The notes beneath the pieces were generated by a model. That model saw only the letters and a program-made list of their open reading frames with translations. It searched no databases and was not told the DNA's origin. Position numbers and translations under genes: made by a program. A stretch of DNA of 64,000 bases, from NCBI GenBank assembly GCA_011174825.1, contig DUEZ01000064.1, positions 17,512 through 81,511 of the forward strand, written 5' to 3'. The DNA comes from Anaerolineae bacterium (GTDB lineage: Bacteria > Chloroflexota > Anaerolineae > Anaerolineales > E44-bin32). This document shows positions 37,666 through 46,906 of the stretch, in pieces (positions within the stretch are counted from its first letter, which is position 1; each line of letters opens with the position of its first letter).

Positions 37666-37737
37666 GGGGTCAGGGATTAGGGATCAGGTGAAAGGTCAAG
37701 GTAAATACTGATCCCAGATCCCCAATCCCTAATCCCT
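37666..37737. repeat. Hairpin built from GGGATYA / TRATCCC heptamers
   Basis: The left arm is ggggtcagggattagggatcagg (37666-37688). The right arm is ctgatcccagatccccaatccctaatccct (37708-37737). It lies between the aminotransferase and gatB. Confidence 0.8.
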
Positions 37738-37776
37738 ATGGTTTAATTAAACCAAGCGAGTTATCCAAGGCATTCC

Positions 37777-39243
37777 ATGCCCAAATTTGAACCCGTCATC
37801 GGCCTAGAAGTACACGCCGAACTAGCGACCTTGTCGAAGATGTTCTGCGGGTGCCCGGTCGTGGATTCCACCAGCGCCGAACCCAACAGTTCGGTATGTG
37901 AGATCTGCACCGGCATGCCCGGAACTTTACCCGTAATCAACCAGCGGGCAATTGAGTACGCGCTGCGCGTGGCACTGGCCTTGAATTGCAATATCGCTGA
38001 AACCAGCGTTTTCGCCCGCAAGAACTACTTCTACCCCGACCTCCCCAAAGGATTTCAAATCTCACAGTATGAATTGCCGCTGGCACAAAACGGTTGGCTG
38101 GATTTTGAAACCGAAAATGGGGAGCGGAGAATTCGGATACGACGCGTCCACCTTGAGGAAGACACCGGAAAGCTGCTGCATCGCGAAGGGTATTCACTCG
38201 TGGATTTCAACCGCTCCGGTGTTCCTTTGCTCGAGATCGTCAGCGAGCCCGATATGCGGTCGACCGAAGACGTCAAGGTCTTCGCCACTTCTTTGCGTTC
38301 GATACTCCGTTATCTCGAGGCCAGCAGCGGAGATATGGAGAAGGGAGCGGTTCGCTTCGAGGCGAACATCTCCCTCCGTCCATTGGGAACGGAGGGCTTA
38401 GGCACCCGCACCGAGGTCAAGAATCTCAATTCATTCAGGGCCATGGTTAAGGCCCTCGATTACGAGATCGAGCGTCAGGATCAGATCCTTGCAGGGGGCG
38501 GGGAGGTGAAGCAGGAAACCGTCGGTTGGGATGAAGTTCGCGGTGTCACTGTATCCCAACGAGGCAAGGAGGAAGCTCACGACTATCGCTACTTTCCCGA
38601 GCCCGACCTACCGCCGTTGCATATCGACCCTGCGTGGATTGACCGGATACGGATTGAGCTTCCGGAGCTACCAAGCGAGAAAAAAGCACGCTTTGTGAGC
38701 GAATACCATCTGACCCCCTATACTGCGGACCTCCTAGTTGAAGAGCGAGCGGTCGCCGATTATTTCGAGGTCGCAGTCGCTCATGACCCTGACACTTCAC
38801 CGACCAAGATCGCCAACTGGCTTACCGGAGAGTACTTCAGCCTGCTCAACCTGGCTGGGGTCGAGATTGATCAGTCTAAAGTGTCCCCCCAATCCTTCGC
38901 GGAACTGGTGGCGATGGTCGAGCGAGAGGACATCAACGCCACCAGCGGAAAAGAGGTGCTGGAAGTGATCTTCGAAACCGGCGACTCACCGATTGAGATC
39001 GTCGAGTCGAGGGGGTTGGCGCAACTTAACGATCCACAAGCGATCATGGATCTTGTGAACCAAGTGTTAGCAGAGAACCCGAAGCAGGTTGAGCAATACC
39101 TTGCAGGCAAGACCACCATCTCTCAATGGCTGTTCGGTCAGGTGATGCGTGCTGCTGGTGGTAGAGCCAACCCTGCGCTGTTACGCACCAATCTCGAGCA
39201 GGCCCTGAAAATTCTGGAGGAGAGTTGCAGGTCTGGAGGGTGA
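37777..39243 (+). CDS. gatB: Asp/Glu-tRNA amidotransferase subunit B
   Basis: 488 aa. IGLEVHAEL, KMFCGC, RKNYFYPDLPKGFQISQ and the C-terminal YqeY-like tail are present. Confidence 0.92.
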   Translation: MPKFEPVIGLEVHAELATLSKMFCGCPVVDSTSAEPNSSVCEICTGMPGTLPVINQRAIEYALRVALALNCNIAETSVFARKNYFYPDLPKGFQISQYELPLAQNGWLDFETENGERRIRIRRVHLEEDTGKLLHREGYSLVDFNRSGVPLLEIVSEPDMRSTEDVKVFATSLRSILRYLEASSGDMEKGAVRFEANISLRPLGTEGLGTRTEVKNLNSFRAMVKALDYEIERQDQILAGGGEVKQETVGWDEVRGVTVSQRGKEEAHDYRYFPEPDLPPLHIDPAWIDRIRIELPELPSEKKARFVSEYHLTPYTADLLVEERAVADYFEVAVAHDPDTSPTKIANWLTGEYFSLLNLAGVEIDQSKVSPQSFAELVAMVEREDINATSGKEVLEVIFETGDSPIEIVESRGLAQLNDPQAIMDLVNQVLAENPKQVEQYLAGKTTISQWLFGQVMRAAGGRANPALLRTNLEQALKILEESCRSGG

Positions 39244-39676
39244 GACTCGTCACTTGACGCTCCATGATTACGGAAGTATGGTGCATTTGAAAAGACGGGT
39301 ATTATGCTGCCGCTTACCTGCACTGATCAACCTAGATTGCTTGATGGCTTCACGAATGCAGACGCCTACAAGAACTTCACTCAGGACTCTCTTTCCTGCT
39401 TGCAATCTTTGAATCATTTAGGACGGCTACGAGGTACTTCGGTAGCCTTGTAAGGAGGCAGTAAGATCTTCTTTGGGTTTAACACGCCCCCAATGGTCTG
39501 ATGATCTAAGGGGTCTACTTTTGAGGCCCATCTATGTCTTGGTTAGGTTTGAGATTGAGCGGTACTCAGGTTGGATGTATAAAATGTATTTTCTCTGTTA
39601 TGTTGCTGGTGTTCTCCTTTAGATCTGGCATACCCCCTGTCAGCGCCCAGATAACCCCACACCAAGGATCTCACCC

Positions 39677-40162
39677 ATGCGGATATCGATAAGTGAAATT
39701 AACCAACTGATTTCCCAGGAAATGGCCGGAGATGGCTCATTGATTGCTGTGCTGGAGGAAATTCAACAGCGCTACCGCTACCTACCGCGTGAGGCGCTGA
39801 TCCTGGCAAGTGAACGGTTGGATGTACCACTATCACAAGCTTACGCCGTCGCCACCTTCTACAACGCTTTCAGTTTGAAACCGAAAGGAAAGCACTGTTT
39901 GCAAGTGTGCATGGGGACAGCCTGTCACGTGCGCGGTAGTCCGCAAGTTCTGAACCGAATTGAAACCACACTCGGGATTGCGGCAGGCGAAACGACTCCT
40001 AATATGTTGTTCACTTTGGAGACAGTCAATTGCTTGGGAGCATGTGCACTGGGACCCATCGTCGTGACGGATAGTGAATATTCTGGACAGATGACCGTGC
40101 AAAAGTCAGACATGCTCTTGAAGCGAATTATGAGGGCAGAGGAAGTTAAAAAGGATGGATAG
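39677..40162 (+). CDS. NuoE/HydC-like thioredoxin-fold [2Fe-2S] protein
   Basis: 161 aa. CLQVCMGTACHVRG...CLGACALGP gives four Cys in the NuoE/24-kDa pattern. Confidence 0.8.
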   Translation: MRISISEINQLISQEMAGDGSLIAVLEEIQQRYRYLPREALILASERLDVPLSQAYAVATFYNAFSLKPKGKHCLQVCMGTACHVRGSPQVLNRIETTLGIAAGETTPNMLFTLETVNCLGACALGPIVVTDSEYSGQMTVQKSDMLLKRIMRAEEVKKDG

Positions 40163-42011
40163 GATCAACTCGGCTGCCGACTTTGACAAGTTACGCACAA
40201 GGTTGAAAAGTGATTACGCCCCTGATCATCCTTGGATCACCGTGTGTGGTGGCACGGGTTGTCGTGTATATGGGAGCGAAAAAGTATGGAACGCGTTTCA
40301 AGACGAGATCGCAAACAAGAACTTGAAAGCCACGCTCACGTACGATCTGAAGATGACCGGCTGTCATGGCTTTTGTGAAAAAGGACCCTTGGTTGTCATC
40401 CGCCCCATGGGGATTATGTATACCCATGTACAAGTTGGAGATGTGCCCGAGATCGTTGCTGAGCTGGCGAATGGCAGAACCGTTGAGCGTCTACTGTATA
40501 GCGACCCCAACACCGATGAAATGATCGAGCATGAGCACGACGTGCCATTTTACAAACATCAGCAACGTCTGATTCTCAATCTCAATGGGATTCTCGATCC
40601 TTTTCGGATTGATGAATACATCGCTCTGGGTGGCTACACTTCGCTTGAAAACATTCTTTGCTCTATGCCACCTGAACAGGTCATCGCTGAGATCAAAGCC
40701 TCCGGTCTGCGTGGACGAGGTGGTGCTGGCTACCCCACCGGCTTAAAGTGGGAAATGTGTCGTAAACAGCCGGGTGAGATCAAGTATGTGATCTGCAATG
40801 CGGACGAGGGTGACCCCGGCGCCTACATGGATCGTTCGATTATGGAAGGTAACCCCCACCGCGTCCTGGAAGGCATGACCATCGGGGCGTATGCCATCGG
40901 CGCATCTCAGGGCTACGTCTACATACGCAACGAGTATCCCCTTGCGGTTAAACACCTGCGTCAGGCGATCATGCAAGCGCAGGAGTATGGCTTCCTTGGA
41001 ACGGACATCCTCGGATCTGGGTTTGACTTCAACGTGAACATAAAGCTCGGCAGTGGCGCGTTCGTTTGCGGTGAAGAGACCGCACTGATGGCCTCCATCG
41101 AAGGGCGCGTTGGCGAACCGCGCCCTCGTCCCCCTTACCCAACTACGGCGGGTTTATGGGGACAACCAACCAATATCAACAATGTCAAGAGTTGGGCTTC
41201 GGTACCCATCATCATCGAGAGAGGGGCGGATTGGTACGCCAATGTTGGAACTGAAACCAGCAAGGGCACAATGATCTTTTCGGTCGTTGGCAACATCAAC
41301 AACACCGGGCTGGTTGAAGTACCGATGGGTATCTCTCTGCGCGAATTGATATTTGAAATTGGCGGCGGTATTCCGAACGGCAACACGTTCAAAGCAGCTC
41401 AGATCGGTGGACCATCTGGTGGGTGCATCCCTGCCCAACATTTAGATACACCCATTGACTATGAGTCTCTTACCGCCCTGGGAGCCATCATGGGCTCCGG
41501 TGGGTTGGTCATTGCCGATGAGGACACCTGTATGGTGGACTTTGCCCGCTATTTCATGAAATTCACCCAGGATGAATCCTGCGGAAAGTGCGTACCGTGC
41601 CGTATCGGCACAAAGGCCATGCTCGAAACATTGGAAAGGATCTGCGCTGGCGAAGGTCAACTGAGCGATATCGATTATCTCTTAGAGTTGGGTGAAGAGG
41701 TAAAACGCTCCTCTTTATGCGGTCTGGGACAGACCGCTCCTAATCCGGTGCTTTCGACCATCCAGTATTTCCGCGATGAATATGAAGCCCACATCGTCGA
41801 TATGACCTGCCCGGCTAAGGTTTGCAAGGCGCTGATCACCTACTCGGTCATCGAAGAGAACTGCACGGGCTGCATGGTTTGCCTGCGTAATTGCCCGAGC
41901 GACGCCATTACCGGTGCCAAGCAGGAAGTGCATGTAATCGACGCCGGGTTGTGTACACGCTGTGGGATGTGTATAAGCGTATGTAAATTCGATGCGATTC
42001 TCGTTACCTAG
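40155..42011 (+). CDS. NuoF/HydB-like NADH-binding FMN/FeS subunit with N-terminal 2Fe-2S domain and C-terminal 2x[4Fe-4S] ferredoxin domain
   Basis: 618 aa. GLRGRGGAGYPTGLKW, NADEGDPGAYMDR, ESCGKCVPCR and C-terminal CTGCMVCLRNCP...CTRCGMCISVC are present. Confidence 0.85.
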   Translation: MDRINSAADFDKLRTRLKSDYAPDHPWITVCGGTGCRVYGSEKVWNAFQDEIANKNLKATLTYDLKMTGCHGFCEKGPLVVIRPMGIMYTHVQVGDVPEIVAELANGRTVERLLYSDPNTDEMIEHEHDVPFYKHQQRLILNLNGILDPFRIDEYIALGGYTSLENILCSMPPEQVIAEIKASGLRGRGGAGYPTGLKWEMCRKQPGEIKYVICNADEGDPGAYMDRSIMEGNPHRVLEGMTIGAYAIGASQGYVYIRNEYPLAVKHLRQAIMQAQEYGFLGTDILGSGFDFNVNIKLGSGAFVCGEETALMASIEGRVGEPRPRPPYPTTAGLWGQPTNINNVKSWASVPIIIERGADWYANVGTETSKGTMIFSVVGNINNTGLVEVPMGISLRELIFEIGGGIPNGNTFKAAQIGGPSGGCIPAQHLDTPIDYESLTALGAIMGSGGLVIADEDTCMVDFARYFMKFTQDESCGKCVPCRIGTKAMLETLERICAGEGQLSDIDYLLELGEEVKRSSLCGLGQTAPNPVLSTIQYFRDEYEAHIVDMTCPAKVCKALITYSVIEENCTGCMVCLRNCPSDAITGAKQEVHVIDAGLCTRCGMCISVCKFDAILVT

Positions 42012-42045
42012 AAATAGGACACCGAACGCCGTGGGCGAGGTGGAA

Positions 42046-42735
42046 ATGATCCGATTGACAATTGATGAAAGGCCCATCGAAGTTCCTGAGGGGCGGACGA
42101 TATTAGAAGCTTGCCGTGAGCACGGCATCCACGTGCCAACCTTTTGCTACCATCCGGCTCTCGAGCCCTATGGCGCCTGCCGATTGTGCATGGTCGAATT
42201 ATCCCAACCGACGCGCCCGCCACGTCTGGTAGCGGCCTGCACCTATCCTTGCGAGCAGGGAGCTATTGTGTCAACAGACTCCGAGTCCGTACGACGCAGT
42301 CGGCGCATGTCCGTTGAACTGCTCTTGGCGGGGGCATTCAACGATCCGGAATTGCTCGCTCTGGCAGAGGAATTGGGGTTGGAAGAAGTACGCTTTAGGT
42401 TACCCGAGGAAGACGCTTGTGTGCTATGCGGCCTCTGCGTGCGCGCCTGCGACGAGATCGTCGGAGTCAGCGCGATCAGCTTGACCAATCGAGGGATCTC
42501 AAAAGAGGTCAGTCCACCTTTTCGGATCGTGTCGCCTACATGCATCGGTTGTGGTACGTGTGTTCTGATATGCCCGACCGGCGCACTTAAGCTGAACGAC
42601 GTTACAGGCTTTCGCAGTGTCCATCTTGTAGACTCTGAATACGATCGTGTGTATTGCCAAGTATGCGATGACTTGGATTTAAAACCTAGTTTGATCCAAG
42701 ATCTCGAGGTGCTGTCATCAAAACATACCGCCTAA
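42046..42735 (+). CDS. NuoG/HydA N-terminal-like FeS protein ([2Fe-2S] plus [4Fe-4S] clusters, no catalytic domain)
   Basis: About 229 aa from ATG 42046. TFCYHPALEPYGACRLCMVE (2Fe-2S ferredoxin-like) is followed by CVLCGLCVRACDE and CIGCGTCVLICP. Confidence 0.75.
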   Translation: MIRLTIDERPIEVPEGRTILEACREHGIHVPTFCYHPALEPYGACRLCMVELSQPTRPPRLVAACTYPCEQGAIVSTDSESVRRSRRMSVELLLAGAFNDPELLALAEELGLEEVRFRLPEEDACVLCGLCVRACDEIVGVSAISLTNRGISKEVSPPFRIVSPTCIGCGTCVLICPTGALKLNDVTGFRSVHLVDSEYDRVYCQVCDDLDLKPSLIQDLEVLSSKHTA

Positions 42736-42824
42736 ACTATCGATCAACAGGAAACCTGATCAAGCGTCTATTAGGAGCATTTGCAAGGGAAGCAATTTGA
42801 CCCACATGTAGACAAGGTTAATCG

Positions 42825-44945
42825 ATGGCTGAAGAATTAATTTCGCACATTGACACTCGAGAAAATAAGCCTGCGGCGCGTATTGGGATCGTTGTGTGTG
42901 AATGTGGCGACAAAATTGCCGGTGTATTAGCTACCGATCTCCTACGTGAGAGAAGCGCCTCGCTGCCCGGTGTCGTCTATACCATGAGCGAACCGTACCC
43001 ATGCAATGTCGATGGTCGATCTCGTCTCAGTCAAGCGATTATCGACCACAAACTGGAACGTGTACTGATCGCTGGATGCGCTCCACGTCTGGTGGAACAT
43101 CTATTCCAACAAATAATGGAGGAGACTGGCCTGGCAGGGTGTTACTTGAGCGTAGTTGACATCCGCGAGCAGTGCGCTTATGTCCACGCAAGCGACCCCG
43201 CTGCTGCAATGGAGAAAGCCACGAATTTGATCAAAATGGGTGTGGCGCGTTTGACGGAGATTGACCCGCCTCAAACTTTCTCCAGTGATGTTGTCAAGTC
43301 GGCCATGGTGATTGGCAGCGATTTGAGCGGTTTGACGGTGGCCCTTGCATTGGCAGATGGCGATATCGACGTATCGCTGGTCGAAAGGGACAGCCAATTG
43401 GGCGGAACGATGTACATGCTGCAAGATGGCGCCAAGGAATTGATCACCGAGAGCGTCGATGTGGTCTCGAAACACCCTCAAATCCAAACCATGTTGAACA
43501 CCCGCGTAACGGACGTGACCGGGCAGTCTGGGAACTACCAAGTACTTCTCGCACGGGATGATCAGAACTTTGAACTAAATGTTGGTGCAATCATCCTGGC
43601 TACTGGTGTGCGACCCAAAAGTCTGGATCCCAATTACTGGTATGACCGCTCGCTTGTGGTATCACAAATTCAGTTTGCACACGAGCTTGAAAAAACAACC
43701 GCTGCCAATGGCCAATTAGCATTGCACGATGTGGTGATGATCTTCCACACAGAAGATACCGAGGGTGGAGGTAGTTCTCACCTGAGTTGTGTGGCCGGGA
43801 TACGCCAAGCAATACAGGCCAAACAGCTCAACCCTGACATCAATGTCACGATACTCTTTCGCGATCTATATTTGGGTGAGGCTGGTGGGTCAGGCGAAAA
43901 TCTGCTCTTACAAGCAAAAGATTTGGGTGTTAATTTTTTCCGTTACCGAAAAAAACACCCTCCTTTCATTGGCGGTAAATACATCAAGGTGGACGATCCA
44001 CTGACCGACCAGCCTTTACAAATACCTTGTGACCGCGTGGTTCTAACCACACCATTGATACCACAGGACAATACCAGCGCGTTAGCGGCGATGCTACACC
44101 TGCCTCAGGATAAAAAGGGGTTCATCATCGATAGGCGTACACGTCTTCGACCAGGTAATTATGTCGACGATGGTATTTTTGTAGTTGGCGGAGTACATTA
44201 TCCAACCGACACAGCGGAAGCATTGCTCCAGGCCCATGTAACCGCTGCGCGCACACATCGCTTTCTAGGGAAGGACACGCTCACCACCGCAGGACTACGG
44301 GCCGAAATCGACCCCGCTTTATGCACAGGGTGTGGAAACTGTCCTCAAGTTTGTCCAACCTCCGCCATCACGCTTGAGAAGCGCGATGGTTTGTTGTCCC
44401 TGGCCACCGTGGATTTGTTGCGCTGTATTGGCTGTGGCAATTGCCTCGTGGTTTGCCCGGTCAAGGCCATTTCACTTCCAGGGTATGGCGATCCAGCAAT
44501 CCTGGCACAAATCAGCGCCGCCTTGAGTTCAACGGGAATGGAAAAAGAGGTCGAGGGAATTGACAAGCCTGTTCCAAAGATTGTGGTGTTTGCATGTGAG
44601 TGGGGCGCATATGCTGCGGCCGATATAGCCGGCGCCAGGCGAATGTCCTACCCCGCTGATGTGCGCATCATCCGCATGAATTGTTCGGCCCGATTTGACC
44701 CCAATCACGCATTATGGGCCTTCCTCAATGGGGCAGACGGTGTGCTTGTGGGTGTTTGTCAAAAGGGAGAATGTCACTACGGTAACGGGAATCTGTACGC
44801 AGAAGAGCGCGTGGCAACACTGAGAAAACAACTCGCAGAACGTGGTTTCGATCCACGTCGCCTACGTTTAGAATCCTTTGCGACCGACGATGGATTTGCG
44901 TTCGCAAATACGATGAAAACTTTCAGCAATGAGATGAGAAAGTAG
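42825..44945 (+). CDS. HdrA-like FAD/FeS oxidoreductase fused to a C-terminal MvhD/FlpD domain (QmoB-like architecture)
   Basis: 706 aa. The HdrA-type segment is VLIAGCAPRLVEH...DIREQCAYVH. The Rossmann-like segment is AMVIGSDLSGLTVALALA...LVERDSQLGG. The ferredoxin pair is CTGCGNCPQVCP / CIGCGNCLVVCP. The C-terminus VVFACEWGAYAAAD...IRMNCSARFD...GVLVGVCQKGECHY is MvhD-like. Confidence 0.75.
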   Translation: MAEELISHIDTRENKPAARIGIVVCECGDKIAGVLATDLLRERSASLPGVVYTMSEPYPCNVDGRSRLSQAIIDHKLERVLIAGCAPRLVEHLFQQIMEETGLAGCYLSVVDIREQCAYVHASDPAAAMEKATNLIKMGVARLTEIDPPQTFSSDVVKSAMVIGSDLSGLTVALALADGDIDVSLVERDSQLGGTMYMLQDGAKELITESVDVVSKHPQIQTMLNTRVTDVTGQSGNYQVLLARDDQNFELNVGAIILATGVRPKSLDPNYWYDRSLVVSQIQFAHELEKTTAANGQLALHDVVMIFHTEDTEGGGSSHLSCVAGIRQAIQAKQLNPDINVTILFRDLYLGEAGGSGENLLLQAKDLGVNFFRYRKKHPPFIGGKYIKVDDPLTDQPLQIPCDRVVLTTPLIPQDNTSALAAMLHLPQDKKGFIIDRRTRLRPGNYVDDGIFVVGGVHYPTDTAEALLQAHVTAARTHRFLGKDTLTTAGLRAEIDPALCTGCGNCPQVCPTSAITLEKRDGLLSLATVDLLRCIGCGNCLVVCPVKAISLPGYGDPAILAQISAALSSTGMEKEVEGIDKPVPKIVVFACEWGAYAAADIAGARRMSYPADVRIIRMNCSARFDPNHALWAFLNGADGVLVGVCQKGECHYGNGNLYAEERVATLRKQLAERGFDPRRLRLESFATDDGFAFANTMKTFSNEMRK

Positions 44946-45027
44946 GTGGAGAGACCATTTACCAAAACCACCTCATGTCAAGATTTTCTGGTATAACCAC
45001 GACAAAAACTGGAGGAAAGAGGTCAGG

Positions 45028-46194
45028 ATGTCGAAACGATTAGAATTGGAGGTTTGGTCGCAAGACAACTGCGCCGGATGCGGCTTATGTGTGGCGGCTT
45101 GCTCAAAGCAAGTCTTGTACTGGAATGGCGGCAATCACCCCGTCGTAGAAAAGCGCAGCAAGACCATTGGCTACACCCAAATACCCCTCGATAGCTGTAC
45201 TTTTTGCCAGGTGTTCTGTGAGGAAGTTTGCCCACGATTCGAGCATTGGGCTCCCATCGAGCCCTTAACCATTTTAGCAGCGCGAGCCCATGGTCCGGTT
45301 AAATCGGGAGCACCCAATGACGTGATCCGAAGCATCCTCGCCGCCGGGCGCAACGCAGGTTTAATAGACGGTGTGGTGATGCTTGATCTTGATCCATGGG
45401 ATCTCAAACCCGTCGCGCGCGTTGTCTCAACGGTTGAGGAGATCGTGGAAAGCGTGGGGCCTCAATACCTATGGGCGCCCATCTTCGATGTCCTCAATAC
45501 TGCAATCTACGATCGGGCCATGGAAAATATCGCCGTGGTGGGCACGCCTTGTACAGCGCAGGCCGTCCGTAGGATCAAGGCGTCTCCGAAAACCCTTTTA
45601 CGGAAATATCAAGAGGCCATCCGGTTGAGCATCGCCGTTTTCTGCACGGGTGTCTACCGACCAGAGTTGATCGATGAGATCTTGGTCAAGCGGATGGGAA
45701 TCCCGCGCGATCAAGTCAAGCGGTTGGAGGTTTCCGCTGATCACGAGCAGATGCGTGTTTTGTTATGGAACGGTGAGGAGCACACCCTTCCCCGCCAACT
45801 TGCCGAAAGCTATACCCTTACAGGATGCGGTAGTTGCGATGATTACCTGGGTGAGTCGGCGGACTTGGCCGTTGGTACCCTAGGTGCGCCGGAGGGTTCC
45901 TCCACAGTCATCATTCGCACCCATGTTGGTGAAGTTTTCGCCCGCAACGCCGTCCAGATGAATCTCTTGGCAACAAGTCTTGATGTGGATACAGCCATTC
46001 TGGAAACCGCTGCTGGCGAAAAAGATCGGCGCGAGCGAGCTCAGGCTTTCAAGGATCTACAAATCTTGATGCTTGATGCCCTGGCCGATCCCGCCCAACG
46101 CGGTGAGGCCATTCAGCAATTCGTGCGGTTGTATCGGACACCAACCAGATCTACCTCACCCGAGAGATCCCGTAATAGCTGTACGGGATGCTGA
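45028..46194 (+). CDS. FrhB/FdhB/FpoF-family flavin-FeS protein (coenzyme F420 hydrogenase beta-like)
   Basis: 388 aa. N-terminal CAGCGLCVAAC and CTFCQVFCEEVCP are followed by VVGTPCTAQAVRRIK and a C-terminal GCGSCDDY region typical of the FrhB family. Confidence 0.7.
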   Translation: MSKRLELEVWSQDNCAGCGLCVAACSKQVLYWNGGNHPVVEKRSKTIGYTQIPLDSCTFCQVFCEEVCPRFEHWAPIEPLTILAARAHGPVKSGAPNDVIRSILAAGRNAGLIDGVVMLDLDPWDLKPVARVVSTVEEIVESVGPQYLWAPIFDVLNTAIYDRAMENIAVVGTPCTAQAVRRIKASPKTLLRKYQEAIRLSIAVFCTGVYRPELIDEILVKRMGIPRDQVKRLEVSADHEQMRVLLWNGEEHTLPRQLAESYTLTGCGSCDDYLGESADLAVGTLGAPEGSSTVIIRTHVGEVFARNAVQMNLLATSLDVDTAILETAAGEKDRRERAQAFKDLQILMLDALADPAQRGEAIQQFVRLYRTPTRSTSPERSRNSCTGC

Positions 46195-46246
46195 ACACCG
46201 ACAGACGGATCAATGTTGAGAAAATGGTTCGCTGAGAGGGACAACC

Positions 46247-46897
46247 ATGACCGTGATAAATGCAAAAGCCAAGGACCTTAAAACGATAAGCCGCAAATTA
46301 AAAGAGAGCTTGAATGAAGAACCTATTGAGGTGACGAACGCAAGCCACCTCCATGGATTGGTTGCTGGGTTAAAGCACGGTGAAGTCATCATCCAGGGTA
46401 ATGCTGGGGATTACTTCGGTGTTTTGAACGCTGGCGCTACGATAAGGGTTACTGGAGACGTTGGCAACTATACAGCAGACAACATGACTTCCGGCACGAT
46501 TATCGTGGAGGGTAACGCTGGCTATGGTGCTGGTCAGTATTGTTATGATGGCGCGGTAATTATCTACGGTGATGCGGGCGATTTCACGGCGACCATGAAC
46601 AAGGGTGCCGTGATCATTGTCGTAGGCAACGTAGGAGATGAAACTGGTACCTATATGTTAGACGGTGACCTGGTTGTTGTTGGCGATGCAGGTGAGAATT
46701 TCGCAAATTTTGTAATCCGTGGCAATGTTTATATTGGGGGCAAATGGAAAAGTCTCGGTCACAACACTCGCGTTGAAGAACTGACCCAAGGCGATATCGA
46801 AAAACTCTCTGTCTATTTCCAAACTTATGACATCAAATCTGATCCTGTTGAGTTCAAAAAGATCGTGGCTGCGTCGGAAAAGCCATTCTACAAATAG
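46247..46897 (+). CDS. Glutamate synthase alpha-subunit C-terminal (GXGXG beta-helix) domain protein
   Basis: 216 aa of repeated G-x-a-G-x-x-x-G turns (IIQGNAGDYFGVLNAGATIRVTGDVGNYTADNMTSGTIIVEGNAGYGAG...). Confidence 0.8.
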   Translation: MTVINAKAKDLKTISRKLKESLNEEPIEVTNASHLHGLVAGLKHGEVIIQGNAGDYFGVLNAGATIRVTGDVGNYTADNMTSGTIIVEGNAGYGAGQYCYDGAVIIYGDAGDFTATMNKGAVIIVVGNVGDETGTYMLDGDLVVVGDAGENFANFVIRGNVYIGGKWKSLGHNTRVEELTQGDIEKLSVYFQTYDIKSDPVEFKKIVAASEKPFYK

Positions 46898-46906
46898 GAG
46901 GATAGA

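Noticed and set aside
39534-39692. Roughly 52-codon ORF (MSWLGLRLSGTQVGCIKC...) in the spacer before the NuoE-like gene
   Set aside because: It has no RBS and an odd composition, and it overlaps the start of the downstream gene. I have no support for it as a leader peptide.
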